Shown: positions 51,353 to 62,989, numbered from the whole stretch's first letter. The stretch is DNA of 62,989 bases, filler included, from Asterionella formosa (GCA_002256025.1; 17 parts of 17 records of this genome joined end to end with filler, not necessarily neighbours in it); one strand, 5' to 3'. Notes: a model not told the origin generated them from the letters alone. A program made the numbers and translations.

Positions 51353-51490
51353 CTTTGTAATCAAATATTAGAAGAGGGCAACTGACCTAAGGGTTCTGCA
51401 ATATGGAATGATTTAAAAATTTAAACAATCCATAAACTACGATAATTTACTCTTACTAAATTATATTATTTCGTCAAACCGACTTAAAAC

Positions 51491-51521
51491 AAAAAATGCT
51501 TTTGGTTTCCCAAAAGCATTC
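51491..51521 (-). terminator. Rho-independent terminator
   Basis: Stem AATGCTTTTGG/CCAAAAGCATT with 4-nt loop and A-run giving a U-tail on the minus strand, 11 nt after the stop at 51533. Confidence 0.75.
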
Positions 51522-51532
51522 TATAAATAAAA

Positions 51533-51672
51533 TTAATCAATGATTGTTTTCTTTCTTAGTTCTTCTGAATCTAAATAACTGAATCGAGCGCTAAAATGTC
51601 TTAACTGTTTAGGCTGCCAATTTATCTTCATTCCTTTTAATGAATTTTTCTTTTCATTAATATCAGCAAATT
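51533..51672 (-). CDS. tnaA: 3' end of a tryptophanase / tyrosine phenol-lyase-like gene (fragment)
   Basis: Translates FADINEKKNSLKGMKINWQPKQLRHFSARFSYLDSEELRKKTIID*; G.K....P..LRHF.ARF matches the beta-eliminating lyase C-terminus. Confidence 0.6.
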
Positions 51673-51843
51673 TCCAAAGTGCTGCAGAACCTTAGTTTTG
51701 TACATTAGCATTTGAGTAATGATTATTCATTGCAGATATAATCTTAGTGATGCCTTCTGCTTCATCAATCGTCACTTGATTGTCGTCATTTTTCTCAGCC
51801 AAGTTTTTAAGTGCTGCACAACCATAGTGTTGTACATTAGCAT
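51673..51843 (-). pseudogene. Armadillo-repeat coding fragment with in-frame stop
   Basis: Translates ANVQHYGCAALKNLAEKNDDNQVTIDEAEGITKIISAMNNHYSNANVQN*GSAALWK, a 42-aa ARM periodicity. Confidence 0.75.
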
Positions 51844-52195
51844 NNNNNNNNNNNNNNNNNNNNNNNNNNNNNNNNNNNNNNNNNNNNTTAATTAATTAAN
51901 NNNNNNNNNNNNNNNNNNNNNNNNNNNNNNNNNNNNNNNNNNNCTCCCACTTGGGTACTACCAATCTGTCCCTGTCCAGCTCCCAGCCAATATGGTTTTC
52001 AGCAGTCTCTTCATCACCTTCATCCTAAATCACATCTGCCCTCCTTTTCTTCTATGTCTTCCTACTCTTACTCTATCTTGAGAACAACATCTAAGCCGCG
52101 AAATACGCCACTTTTCGAAATTTCGTCTACGTATGAGTGTTAATTATGTGGTACTTCACATGCATTAATGCCACTCTTCACGTAAAAAAGATTAC

Positions 52196-52283
52196 TTTTA
52201 ACGGTTTCATGTGAAGTTTTAACGGTTTCATGTGAAGTTTTAACGGTTTCATGTGAAGTTTTAACTGTTTCATGTGAAGTTTT
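52196..52283. repeat. 21-bp tandem repeat x4
   Basis: TTTTAACGGTTTCATGTGAAG at 52196, 52217, 52238, 52259. Confidence 0.95.
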
Positions 52284-52654
52284 CACAATGAATTTTGAAC
52301 GCGAGACTGAATTAGTTGATGTTTCAAATAATTCATTTGAAAGTTCAATTGATTTCGTTCAAACAGTTTGTTTTGATGCCGATGACTATGATAATGGTTT
52401 ATTCCTTGATAGTTTAGTAGATCATGATGCTGCTGCTATTAATGGTCCAATCATTCAGAACGGAGAAATAAACGACATTATAAACCCTACCAACTTCCGA
52501 TTTTGCGCACAAAGTATATCCGTTTCGTCCACTTCAGCATGACAATCTCGCCAATCAACCCGTAAACAAACACATTCTACTTGTTCTCGTTGACATTTTC
52601 AATTCTCACATGATACTGTTGAAAAAATTCGAGCTGACTGCCACAGGACAGGAG

Positions 52655-52968
52655 TGAAGGGTATAGTGGACACGAGAGAGTACAGTACTACAGTTAAAAC
52701 CGTACAGCCGCTACCAAGAGTTACCTGGGCTGACGTGGTAAAAGGCACAACGCAAGGAAAAGCAATCAGAGGTCAAGAAAAAATGTTAAAATGCAGTGTG
52801 AGTAATAAGAGTGTTTCGAGACCATTATCTCGAAACAATCCAGTTAGTAAAGTGAAAGTTTAAGTTTGACAACTTCCTCGTTGCTATCAATTTCATCAAC
52901 TGTATTCGATTAACACAGTACTAGTTTCAAGGCCTACGATACGGTCGAATACGGTAGTTGTTACAACA
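52655..52968 (+). mobile_element. Possible Ty1/copia-type 3' or solo LTR
   Basis: Purine-rich CCACAGGACAGGAG immediately before TG; segment ends in CAACA; no second copy seen. Confidence 0.3.
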
Positions 52969-53337
52969 GATACTACATCTACTATTGAGATTCAGCATAG
53001 AAGGAGATACGAAAATGTGCGTAACAGACTACTGTCCACATAGCTATAGTTATAGAATGATTCTGATTAGAACGCATTTCATTTTCATATCGCTCGCTCG
53101 TTTCTGCATTTGGCATACTGTACTTGAATTAACTATTGAACTTGTCCGCATCTTTGATACCATCAAGAGAGCGAAAGCAAGTGGCTCTTTTCACTGTTGT
53201 TTGCTCGTAGGAAGAATTTGATATCTGTATCGTCATTNNNNNNNNNNNNNNNNNNNNNNNNNNNNNNNNNNNNNNNNNNNNTTAATTAATTAANNNNNNN
53301 NNNNNNNNNNNNNNNNNNNNNNNNNNNNNNNNNNNNN

Positions 53338-53831
53338 AATACCTTCAACAAGAGTTTTTCCACATCCAAAGGACCCTTCTTCCAGGCAGTAAAGTGCAGC
53401 GCCAAGTTGCCATAGTTATTAGTATTTGAAGCAGCTTCAGGGTGGGCATCCAAAAGGCACTCTGTGATTTAGATGGAAATAAAAAAGCAAAAAAGTAAGA
53501 GACATCCCTTCCAATTGCTGCATCGTCCCAAATGCAGCGCAATCAATAACTTACCAGCTACTTCAAGAGGAGCACGAAAGGAAGCGGCCGAATGCAATGG
53601 CAAGTTGCCACGATCGTTTTTAATACGGGTCTCATGGCTACAACAAGGAAGGCGAGCTGTTAGTCAACAGCATAGATGTCGGTTCCTACAGCCGCGAGAG
53701 CGGTCGTCGAAGGCAACAACAACTCACCGTGTCGCAGGATCATTTGCACGAGCAATAGCTGCTTTCCAGCCTTTTGCTAGCTCATGAAGATCAATAAAGT
53801 CGCCAGAGGCTTGAATGTTGACTTCCGTCAT
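53338..53831 (-). CDS. Ankyrin-repeat protein, 3 exons visible, 3' truncated (missed by ORF track)
   Basis: Exons 53831-53728, 53637-53555, 53461-53338 with GT-AG introns give MTEVNIQ...KNDRGNLPLHSAASFRAPLEVAECLLDAHPEAASNTNNYGNLALHFTAWKKGPLDVEKLLLK. Confidence 0.85.
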
Positions 53832-54731
53832 GGTCACCACTGATGTCTGTTTTAGGTATTATTTTCTTATAACAATATCGACAATATTTCCTGTCCGAAT
53901 TTTTTGCAATGTGAAGTTGATATTTGTCGTGTCGTGGGAAGGGGAGGGGGCCCTGCGGTTAACGCACGGCCGTTGCGCGGGTCAAGATTTCGTGAGTGGA
54001 GTCAAAATTCAGTTGAAAAGATCTACGAGGCTGAATACTTTATTCGCTACCCCTTCCGTTGAGCCGAAGGAGGGCCCCATCAGAGCCATTACGTCGAAAA
54101 ACTGTAACACCTAGTTGGGGGCGTCTAATGGTCGTTCCGAGCATCTCGCGTTGCTTGCGATCAATGCAAAGGCATCTCGACAAATATTTTTTAATTTACT
54201 GCACCATAAATGAAACATAATTCAAACGCCTCACGAGCGCCACAAGATTGATCTCTAGCGAATTACAAGTTTGAGACAATTCACACAAGAGTCCTGTAAA
54301 GACAAGAAATTCGGCCAATAGTCTTGGCAATTCAGTTCATTTAATTTGCATATTGCTTTTCTTGGTTGACCATGGCTGATACCACCCTTCATGAGCTCTG
54401 TAAGGGTTTTGGCGCTCTTTTGAGTCGGAGCAAGGTAAGACGCAAGAAATCGGAAGCTGGAATGGGGAGATTACGATGAGACGCTCGGTGCAGTCTGCTT
54501 CTTTCGTTGCAATTTATGACCATTTGACAAGGTCGGCTGAAGCAAAGGAGCTCGGCCACGAGCGTTTAGTTTTCGTGCAACACTTTCAACGCTTGACTTC
54601 ATCTAACCAATCACGATCCGCTCTTGTATCANNNNNNNNNNNNNNNNNNNNNNNNNNNNNNNNNNNNNNNNNNNNTTAATTAATTAANNNNNNNNNNNNN
54701 NNNNNNNNNNNNNNNNNNNNNNNNNNNNNNN

Positions 54732-55957
54732 GCAAACTGTTCATCAACTCGTTGCCGTTTATTTGTGGCTTCCCTCTTTTCACTTTCTCCTTTCTTGACC
54801 TTTCTTGGACCACATTCATCGCCCTCATCATCATCTTCATCCTCCATGGTGGTATCTTCTGTGGCCCACCGCGACACTGGCAAATAATATGTATCCCTAC
54901 CATGCCAATATTTGCGTCGAATCCCCTCCCAGACCTCATCCTTGACTTGAATCTCACATGGCAGGAAATCGGTCTCAAGTCCCAACTGTTGGAGTTGGAG
55001 TTTGACACATTGGCAGGCCACCCCATGAAAGAATATATTATCTGGTGCCAAGCCATTAAAAAATGAATACAGACCATTTGGTCGAGACAATAGTTTCGGG
55101 AGATAGGAATGAAAGTCTTCTAAATCTAGAAAGTGCTCTCCAAATGTGTCATAGAAAATCGCATCAACAGTCAAACCTTGCTCAACGAGCTTTGGAAGGA
55201 CATCTTGCCATTTTCCAAATTCAATTCGCACATTGGGTTTTTCATTCCATTTGTCACGTATCATTTTCTCATACACATCTGGATGAGCTTCAATAATCAC
55301 ATGCAAGTCAGGACTGTACCCTTGCAAATAGGAATCTATTATTCCCATACCAAATCCCACATTCATGACAGTTCGTCGACCCTCACTCAATAAAACCTGT
55401 GCATGGGCTTGCATTAAAGGCCGTTCCCATTCCATCATGACGGCATCGTCATCAGCATCTAATAAGGACTGCCCGTCTTTTGTGTATGTCAATCGATGGC
55501 GCAAGTAATCTGGTTTTGTACAGGGTTGTTCTTGCAGTGACAAGTGTTGTGTCGTCGGTGCTGCTGCACCTGAAGCATCCTGACTCAACAACTCCGACCG
55601 GCTCATTCGAGCGACGGATCCTAATATAAGTTCGGCTCGTGTGGCATGATCGACCAGCATGTTGACAATATCCCAATGCTCGTTGTTGGTTGCATAGTTA
55701 CCGGCGCATTGCCCGTTTCGATCCACAGCATTCCAAGGAGCACCATGATCTAGCAAAATGATGCAAATGGGACCATACCCAGCGGCAGCAGCCACCATGA
55801 GGGGAGATTGGCCAGTAGTTTCATCCTGGAGACAGGCAACAAGTTGGTCTTGTTGGAGAAGGAATGAAATGGTGGCTAGGTCGCCGATGGAGCAGGCGGC
55901 CATCATGGCGACTGTCCTGTTCGTTGTTGCTGGGGATGGAGTTGGAGTTGTCGTCAT
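54732..55957 (-). CDS. RMT2: Protein arginine N-methyltransferase 2 (ankyrin + Rmt2 methyltransferase), ends truncated by contig breaks
   Basis: GQSPLMVAA...LL.HGAPWNAVD ankyrin; VMMEWERPLM.AHA, NVGFGMGIID, IIEAHPDVY, YSFFNGL, Y.LP motifs. Confidence 0.88.
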
Positions 55958-56125
55958 TGATGTCGTTGCTATTGTATTACTCGTGATAGATGATGTTCTT
56001 TTAGTGTCGACTACGATGGAAACTTNNNNNNNNNNNNNNNNNNNNNNNNNNNNNNNNNNNNNNNNNNNNTTAATTAATTAANNNNNNNNNNNNNNNNNNN
56101 NNNNNNNNNNNNNNNNNNNNNNNNN

Positions 56126-57419
56126 TCTTTCCAATCTTCCAAGTCAATGTCAGGCAAACCACACATGAGTAGTTCCAATTCTTGAAAGTCGAAAATAGTC
56201 AAGAGTGGTTCTGGAATAACATCAAAGAATCCCAACAATAGTTCATTCAATTGTGGCTTGACTCGATCCAACATTCTGTATTTGAGACATGCTTCCAAAT
56301 ATTCTGGAAAGTTGTCATTGTCCACTTCAATTTTTGCACCATTTGGAATGAGTTCAATCTCTTCCTTGACTCCCATGATATCTTGAGTAGTGGTAAAGTC
56401 CAAGCACAGCATACTCAAATCTTCCCCACTCGTGGCCAAGGTCTGCAATTGCTTCAAATTGTTGTAATATTCGTCATCGACCATTGCCAAATCACCAAAA
56501 GTGACAGGCCAGCCCAAGATATGTTTGTAAATATATCCAACCATGTGACCAGCAACAAGTTGTCGGTCAAAGAGTGCCTTGCCCATGACCCGACCCAAGA
56601 ATCGATAATAAATCAAGTGATCTTCACAGCAATATTCTGTGCATGTATGCATAATAGTAAAAATGAAAAGAATGAAAACAAGTATGAGTGGAAAGTAAAA
56701 TAAATATAATATATATATATATATATCTACAAATATCACATGATGTAAAAGACAAAGACACAGCAAACAACATTTCAAGCACATACCAGATGCTGGATTG
56801 ACTTCCATACACATTTGATTGGCTGAACTACTTTGCCACAATCCCAAATTTGGATCAAATATTTTTTCAGTGACAAGCTGAAACCATTCTCTCGCCAATC
56901 CACCAGCATCAACTCCCATTTCACTAACAAATTCGAATCTCCACAATTTATGTAAATCCTTACGTGACAATGACATGATTGCATCAACAGAATCCCTCAA
57001 GAGGAATCGACGTCTGACATTCATTCTCATGTGTCCATCATTCCATTGAACACACAATTGTGCGCAAGTTTCTTGAAACCAAATGGCCTTTTCTTCAAAG
57101 GTCTTGACTTGTGCATTGGCAATGTCTGAGTAGGTTACAAGGTCTCGATTGTCTGCTGATTTGATTCTCGAGTCTACAACTGCGTCACTGGCAGGTACAA
57201 GAGAGAGTATCCCAGTTCTATGTCTTGGATCATCGCCAGGTCTAAATTCCAGTTTCCTGACATATGCCGACTTTTCCACATTGAATCTCGTACTGAGTTC
57301 AATATTTCCTCGTCCATCCACTCGTACCCATTGAAATTTCATATCAGAAACTCGAATGATACGTTGCCATCCATCCTTAAAATAGGGTAGTTTAATGGCA
57401 GCGGCTTCATTGGAAATGG
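56126..57419 (-). CDS. HECT-domain E3 ubiquitin ligase (NEDD4-like HECT), internal fragment
   Basis: GVDAGGLAREWF, YRFLGRVMGKALFD, ELIPNG..I.V...N..EY, FDFQELELLMCG...ID..DW; 150-nt intron 56637-56786 read through in the ORF track. Confidence 0.92.
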
Positions 57420-58912
57420 NNNNNNNNNNNNNNNNNNNNNNNNNNNNNNNNNNNNNNNNNNNNTTAATTAATTAANNNNNNNNNNNNNNNNNNNNNNNNN
57501 NNNNNNNNNNNNNNNNNNNAGGTAACGAAATCTTTCATAACCTCGTGGTAATAAAGAATACAATTTTTGCATAAAAGTGTCCGAAAATGCAAAAACCGTT
57601 TACCATCGAAATTTTTAGTCGCCTAAAGAACAAGAAGTGAATGTTTATATGTAGATCTGTATGTTTTTTAAACTACAAAATGGCCTAATTCAGATATTAC
57701 AGAAATATATGAACCACGACATGAAGTACATACACGAAAGTCAGTGCAAAAATAGGTTGACGCATTTTCTTGTTTTTGAGCTGTTGTGCCCTTTCCGAGA
57801 TTTCTATTGCTCAAGTTTTCTCATCTATTTGTACACAAGATAAAAAGAATTATCTAATAGAATTTATCAAACTAGTCACCGCAGACTCAAAAATTCTCTA
57901 CTTTGTTTGCATCTTTCAAACTGATCAAATGACAACGAAAACAAATTCTAGCAGCAATTTCAAGTTTTGTTGCCAATATTAGTGGTAGAAAATCTATTAT
58001 TGAACAATTACAATTGTCTATGTTAGGCTTTATTTAGATACGAAACAGGAATGGTTGATTGTCAATTCTCGTTGAAGAGATATTGAGTCTGATCAGTTTA
58101 TCATGGTCAAGACAGAGATTGTGAATCATCCTCAACTCCCTACTCGTAATCTACTGGTATACTGGTACCAAATACCCTGGTACTTTAATCAATGTATATC
58201 ACTCACTCAATCTGTAACATTCTTGACTCTGTCATGGTTTGGCATGTACTGTTGCTGCACGCAGTTGCCATAATTGTTTGTATGGTGCTGCTTCGATCCA
58301 CACACTGTAAGCTTTTTGTAAATGTCAATAAGATTTGTGTCCTGCAGGCGTATTTTTGGTAATTTTATCAGTGACAACGAAAAAAAGACTCGTCTAAATT
58401 TGCCAGTATCACTGATACGTTTTTTGGAGGGGGTCAAAAATAGTATCAATGATACTGCATTGATACTACTACTAGTAATGTAGCCATTGCTGATACCCAA
58501 AATTGATACAAAGTGTCATTTTATGCTCGAAACCCGGAAATGATACCACATTGTGCCAAAAATGCTGAATAGAACGCCCCACCTTGTTACCGGTATATTA
58601 ATAACCACTTTAGATTTGAGGTCTGACTCGCACGAGCCGCAACCTCTATGAACGGTTAACAGTTGATGTCATTTTTCAGAAAGTGAAAATTGTGCGGTTG
58701 GCTGCTGAGGGGTGATTTTCCCTTAGCACGATTTATTTAGCCAAATTTAATTTAGTAGGTCAACTTTTCCATACTATTGCCCTGGCATCTGAATCCTATG
58801 CGTAACGAGAAGNNNNNNNNNNNNNNNNNNNNNNNNNNNNNNNNNNNNNNNNNNNNTTAATTAATTAANNNNNNNNNNNNNNNNNNNNNNNNNNNNNNNN
58901 NNNNNNNNNNNN

Positions 58913-59769
58913 TGTCCATCAGCGGTATTATCCTTCTCGATCATCATAATATCTCTAAAGTTCATAAGTGTTGCTCTAAGCATTCTGTTTTGCACAAAGT
59001 TTGCCAATTTACTAGACCGAGAAAAGAGTGCTGCCACAAGCCGAGGAGCTACAAACGTCATGGTCAAAGTCATGACCGTTGAATCTTTTCCTTGCGGCTG
59101 AAATTCCACTCTTCCAAAGTTTTTCATCCCCGATGTTGATTCCCACTCGATCAAACTCGGTCTCTCTATACGAGTACTAATGGCATTCCAAGTAAAGGAC
59201 AATCCTCGGAACCCCATGTACCACTTTGTTTCTCCTAGATTCAATCTTTGGTTCATGTCCTTTATAGTTCTTCCGTCAATAGCAGTAGTAGTTGCTGTGG
59301 TAGCTGACCGTAGTGATGGTGGTGGCACCAAGTATTCTACCTTTTGTAGCCACGGGGAAAATTCTGCCTGTCGAGGTAAATCTGAAAATGCATCAAACGC
59401 AATCTCGGCATTAAATGGTAATTCTAATGATGTTGAAACCTTGATTTCATGTCTTTGTGGATGAACCTTGTTGTTGTCTTTTAATGGTTCTTGGTCGTTC
59501 CTACTACTGCTGTAACTACTACTACTGCTACCACCTCTTGCACAATAATTGCAATGATGCATGCTGCCAAGGAATGCGTGACAAGAGCGCAGATTGGATG
59601 TTGTACGGGAAGTTGTACTAGTAGTTGCTGCACGATGATGGTGATGATCTGGAATGGACAGAGCGCCAGTGATGGAACAGCAAATGATGAGAATACTCAT
59701 ACTACTCAACAACAAAGCAATGCCGCCGACATGGAGTCTATCTCGTCGGCCTAATAGTTCAGCCATCAT
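58913..59769 (-). CDS. SRPBCC / polyketide cyclase-dehydrase family protein with N-terminal signal peptide, 3' end truncated
   Basis: AFDAFSDLPR..EFSPWL..VE, TKW...GL.F.W.A......P..I.WES.SG.KN.GRV.F pattern. Confidence 0.78.
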
Positions 59770-59861
59770 GTTACTATTTTATACTACCGATATATGGAAA
59801 GGCATGAGCAATCAATCAGCATGACGAGGATAGGATCGAGTACCGGTACATCTTCAAACAA

Positions 59862-60205
59862 TGTCAAGAATATTAGACCGAGTCACAAGGATTGTGGACT
59901 CGATTGTAATCGAACGAGTCGAATATTGCATTACCACATCAATCAGTTGTCTAGCAAGATCAAAGATTGAAGATTTCTATGAAAATGTCAAGTAGAAACT
60001 CAAAGAGTCAAAGAGAGTCTTAGAAAGACTTTGCAGGAAGCAAAGATGCATGGAAAGGAAACATTTAGTTTAGCTTACAATCTAATTTGAGTTTAGATTA
60101 TCAACTGAGGAAACAGTGTGTTAATTGACAGGAAGGTAAATAAGTCTATCTAGCAGGAAGGCTAGAAGCAGAGAAAAGAGAGAAAGTAAGTGGTACTAGG
60201 TAGTA
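59862..60205 (+). mobile_element. LTR-like dispersed repeat
   Basis: TGTCAAGAATATTAG..GAGTCACAAGGATTGTGGACTCGATTGTAATC...; close match to reverse complement of 60306-60560. Confidence 0.65.
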
Positions 60206-60305
60206 NNNNNNNNNNNNNNNNNNNNNNNNNNNNNNNNNNNNNNNNNNNNTTAATTAATTAANNNNNNNNNNNNNNNNNNNNNNNNNNNNNNNNNNNNNNN
60301 NNNNN

Positions 60306-60560
60306 TTAACACACTTTTTCCTCAATTGATAATCTAAACTTAAATTAAATTATCAGCCAAACTAAATGTTTCCTTTCCATGCATCTTTGCTTCCAACATA
60401 TTCGTTTTCAGACTCTCATCGAATTTCCACTTGACAATTCCATAGAAATCTTCAATCTTTGATCTCGTCAGATAGCGGATTGATGTGGCAACGCAATATT
60501 CGACTAGTTGGATTACAATCGAGTCCACAATCTTTGTGACTCAAGCTAATATTCTTGACA
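60306..60560 (-). mobile_element. LTR-like dispersed repeat
   Basis: Reverse complement begins TGTCAAGAATATTAGCTTGAGTCACAAAGATTGTGGACTCGATTG and aligns with 59862-60125. Confidence 0.65.
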
Positions 60561-60895
60561 ATGGAGTACATATCATCTACCTGGAAGGTCCGATAAAACA
60601 CATTTTTAACTTAGTAAAAGGATAAGCTATATAACTCAATTTCCAAAACTTCCTCTGGTACCAGGGAGATGATGTCCCCCATGTCATTCGCTCCTTGGAG
60701 ACTTTCTTACGAGGTCCTAGTATTCTTGCTTACCGTAGCAATTCTTCCTACATTCGTCGAGAGGTATTTGAACTACCATGGTAGGTTCCATTTCGCTCAT
60801 ACATAGCCAAATGCGGGATATACCGTCACGAGGGCCTACCAGCACATGCCAGTAGCTACCGGTAGTCTTCGTTGTGACATGCAATCACGACGAAA

Positions 60896-61000
60896 GTACC
60901 TGGTACCAGGTACCTGCTACTGGTACCTGGTACCTGGTACCTGGTACCTGGTACCTGGTACCTGGTACCTGGTACCCTGGTACCTGGTACCTGGTACCAG
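60896..61000. repeat. (GGTACCW)n heptamer tandem array
   Basis: About 14 near-consecutive GGTACCT/GGTACCA units. Confidence 0.95.
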
Positions 61001-62609
61001 CTCCTGGAACATAGCACCCGTTAAAGTAACAGGTACGGAGTACCTCATACAATACCAGGTAGCCCTAACATCTACAGTACATTATCTACTGCTTTCAAGA
61101 AGGTGCGGCATCTCCTCTCTATCATGTACCGGTTTTTCTATCTGTGCATGGTATCCTGGACCTGGTGTAACCGGTACCAGGTACCGTACCAGGCAGGTAT
61201 CAGGGAATCTAACAAAACTGGACCGCATCGCCGGCACATATATCATAATTCACAATCGTAGTGTACCCGGTAAACCGGTACCTGGTAGTTAGTTACAAAA
61301 ATGCATCGACACTGTGTTCATTTTCTGCTATGACCGCCTACATGATATTACGTAAAAGGCATTACTGAACGCGCAGACAACAATTCACAAAACCCAACGC
61401 CGAGTCACTTCTTCGCTCTTCCCCTTATCGTTGCCATCGCGTTGCTTATACCCAACCAACTCCGTTTCTTTCCTCCCTTGTTATAAGATTCAAGATAGAG
61501 TCTCTACTTTATCACATTAGATATAATAGTCTCATCGGAAACGCGAAAGAACGTTCCCCAATCAACTATCCAAGCACACCTCGCACACTCGTCTATTNNN
61601 NNNNNNNNNNNNNNNNNNNNNNNNNNNNNNNNNNNNNNNNNTTAATTAATTAANNNNNNNNNNNNNNNNNNNNNNNNNNNNNNNNNNNNNNNNNNNNATT
61701 TTGACCGTTTTATAGAGTGCATGTGCAATTGGCAACACAAAGATGGTTGTGTCGGATCAGGTTGTCAATATCAAATGGGACTGAGCTGGTATCATCACAG
61801 TTGCAAAGACTGTCGGTGTGTTTCAGAACCGTGATTTGATCAGGGAAACTTTCAGATGGCAAAGTGGCCATCGTGCCCTTTCCCATCGCCGTTGTCCCCT
61901 CGTTGGCACTTAACAATGCTAGCAGGCATAATGGCTGAGGCCAAAGAAGGCGGCGGGTGCTGAACTTTAAAAAAAAATTTAATTTGAGACCAAAGCGAAT
62001 ATCACTATTCTACCGGTAGTTCATTCCAGCTAGGTTATCGAAAATCTAACTGTGAAACTGTTGAAATGACAGGGTGCAGCGAAACTGGGACAAATCATTG
62101 CGTTTGAATTATCCATTCGGTTAGGAGAGTGCACAGTTGTCTCCTTTGATCGCCTATTTCTTACATGTCTCGAGAGATAAAGGCAGGGGATATGATCCAT
62201 CGGACAAGGAAAAGGCATGTTAATTTATGCAGCTTTGAGATCCGCTGCCAAGCCGCGCGATTGCATTGAAAGTCGCTGCAATTTGTTTCATCGTTTTTGG
62301 GATCTCTGGATCAGATCTGTAGAATGACGCATGAAAGCATTTCGTCAAATGCCGACGCCTAGTGTGGAACGAGTTTAACCTATCTTGCCTAACAAATTTG
62401 AATGCTATTAGCGTGTGTAGTAATGAAATTTACATTTAAAAATCAATTCAGCTTTTCCGTGAGGCTGCTCCTGCAGAGTAACGTTGGCATTCGTTCGGTC
62501 AACAATCTTTCTCGCCACTCATGCTGTTAAATTCCAAGTATGTACAGGGGATTATAAAATTTGTCGCAACGAGGATCTACGCTCACCAGTCTTGGCATAA
62601 TCCTTGCAT

Positions 62610-62989
62610 TTACCGTTGTTGTTGTCCGGGCTGGTTAACAATCTGCATTAGGGCAGGAGCAGGGGCCTGCTGAAACTGTTGAAAGGTCTGATTGGCAGCC
62701 AAGGCTTGCCCAAGAACATTTCTAATGTGTGACGAACTCAACGCAGTGGCAGCTGCGAACCCAGCAGCAAACTGGGAAGCAGCACAGGACGACTGGAAAC
62801 TAAAATTGCTCGCATCTGGGACAACAGAAGCATTAGTCTGGAACGATGCATGCTGCTGCGTAGGCATGACGAATGGCACGTTTGTCACTGTTGATGAAGC
62901 GACATCAACACTGCTGTTGTAAGGCATATTGGGCGTGGCGACCGATGATGTCGCAAAGGAGTTCTGAGGGACAAAAAAGCCATGAGGAG
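62610..62989 (-). CDS. Low-complexity Q/A/S-rich coding exon of unknown gene (partial)
   Basis: Open frame with AASQFAAGFAAA and Q-rich tract; possible GTAAAT donor near 62613. Confidence 0.4.
   Translation of the reverse strand, partial: PHGFFVPQNSFATSSVATPNMPYNSSVDVASSTVTNVPFVMPTQQHASFQTNASVVPDASNFSFQSSCAASQFAAGFAAATALSSSHIRNVLGQALAANQTFQQFQQAPAPALMQIVNQPGQQQR

Noticed and set aside
59862..60560. Apparent large inverted repeat
   Set aside because: The two arms lie on different contigs either side of a spacer
60846..61292. ORF with YLVPGTW repeats (also ORFs at 8843-9792, 22855-23155, 16949-17335)
   Set aside because: Translation by-product of the stop-free GGTACCW heptamer; no protein-like features
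1297..61697. Recurrent TTAATTAATTAA flanked by Ns
   Set aside because: Artificial linker; neighbouring contigs have near-identical lengths, so order reflects file sorting, not synteny

Overview
Eukaryotic DNA, most consistent with a pennate diatom (short GT-AG introns with CTRAC branch points, ASA-F-type plastid presequence, HSF, DGDG synthase, diatom-type LRR and ARM proteins). The window is a concatenation of 17 contigs (two of ~21 kb, the rest ~1.29 kb) joined by 100-nt N...TTAATTAATTAA...N spacers, so adjacency across spacers means nothing. Recognisable genes: ALG5-like glucosyltransferase, TAF9, FUN14 protein, plastid aldo-keto reductase, J-domain protein, DGDG synthase, TM9SF, CAMK/CDPK-like kinase, HSF, chromate transporter, membrane LRR protein, class I methyltransferase, ankyrin protein, RMT2, HECT E3 ligase and an SRPBCC protein. 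Intergenic DNA is rich in transposon remnants. The most unusual signals: (1) pervasive TA-CCWGG-TA / TA-CCGG-TA (GGTACC-rich) arrays upstream of genes, which co-locate with CC...GG-terminated, TA-flanked Tc1/mariner-type elements and may be iterated excision footprints; (2) a single contig in which Bacteroidetes-like DNA (NarL/LuxR regulator, terminator, tryptophanase-like 3' end) is joined in frame to a diatom-type ARM-repeat sequence; (3) a dispersed repeat carrying a tRNA-like A/B-box module; (4) a repeated, multi-intron segment with no ORF. All calls are by eye; no database searches were run.
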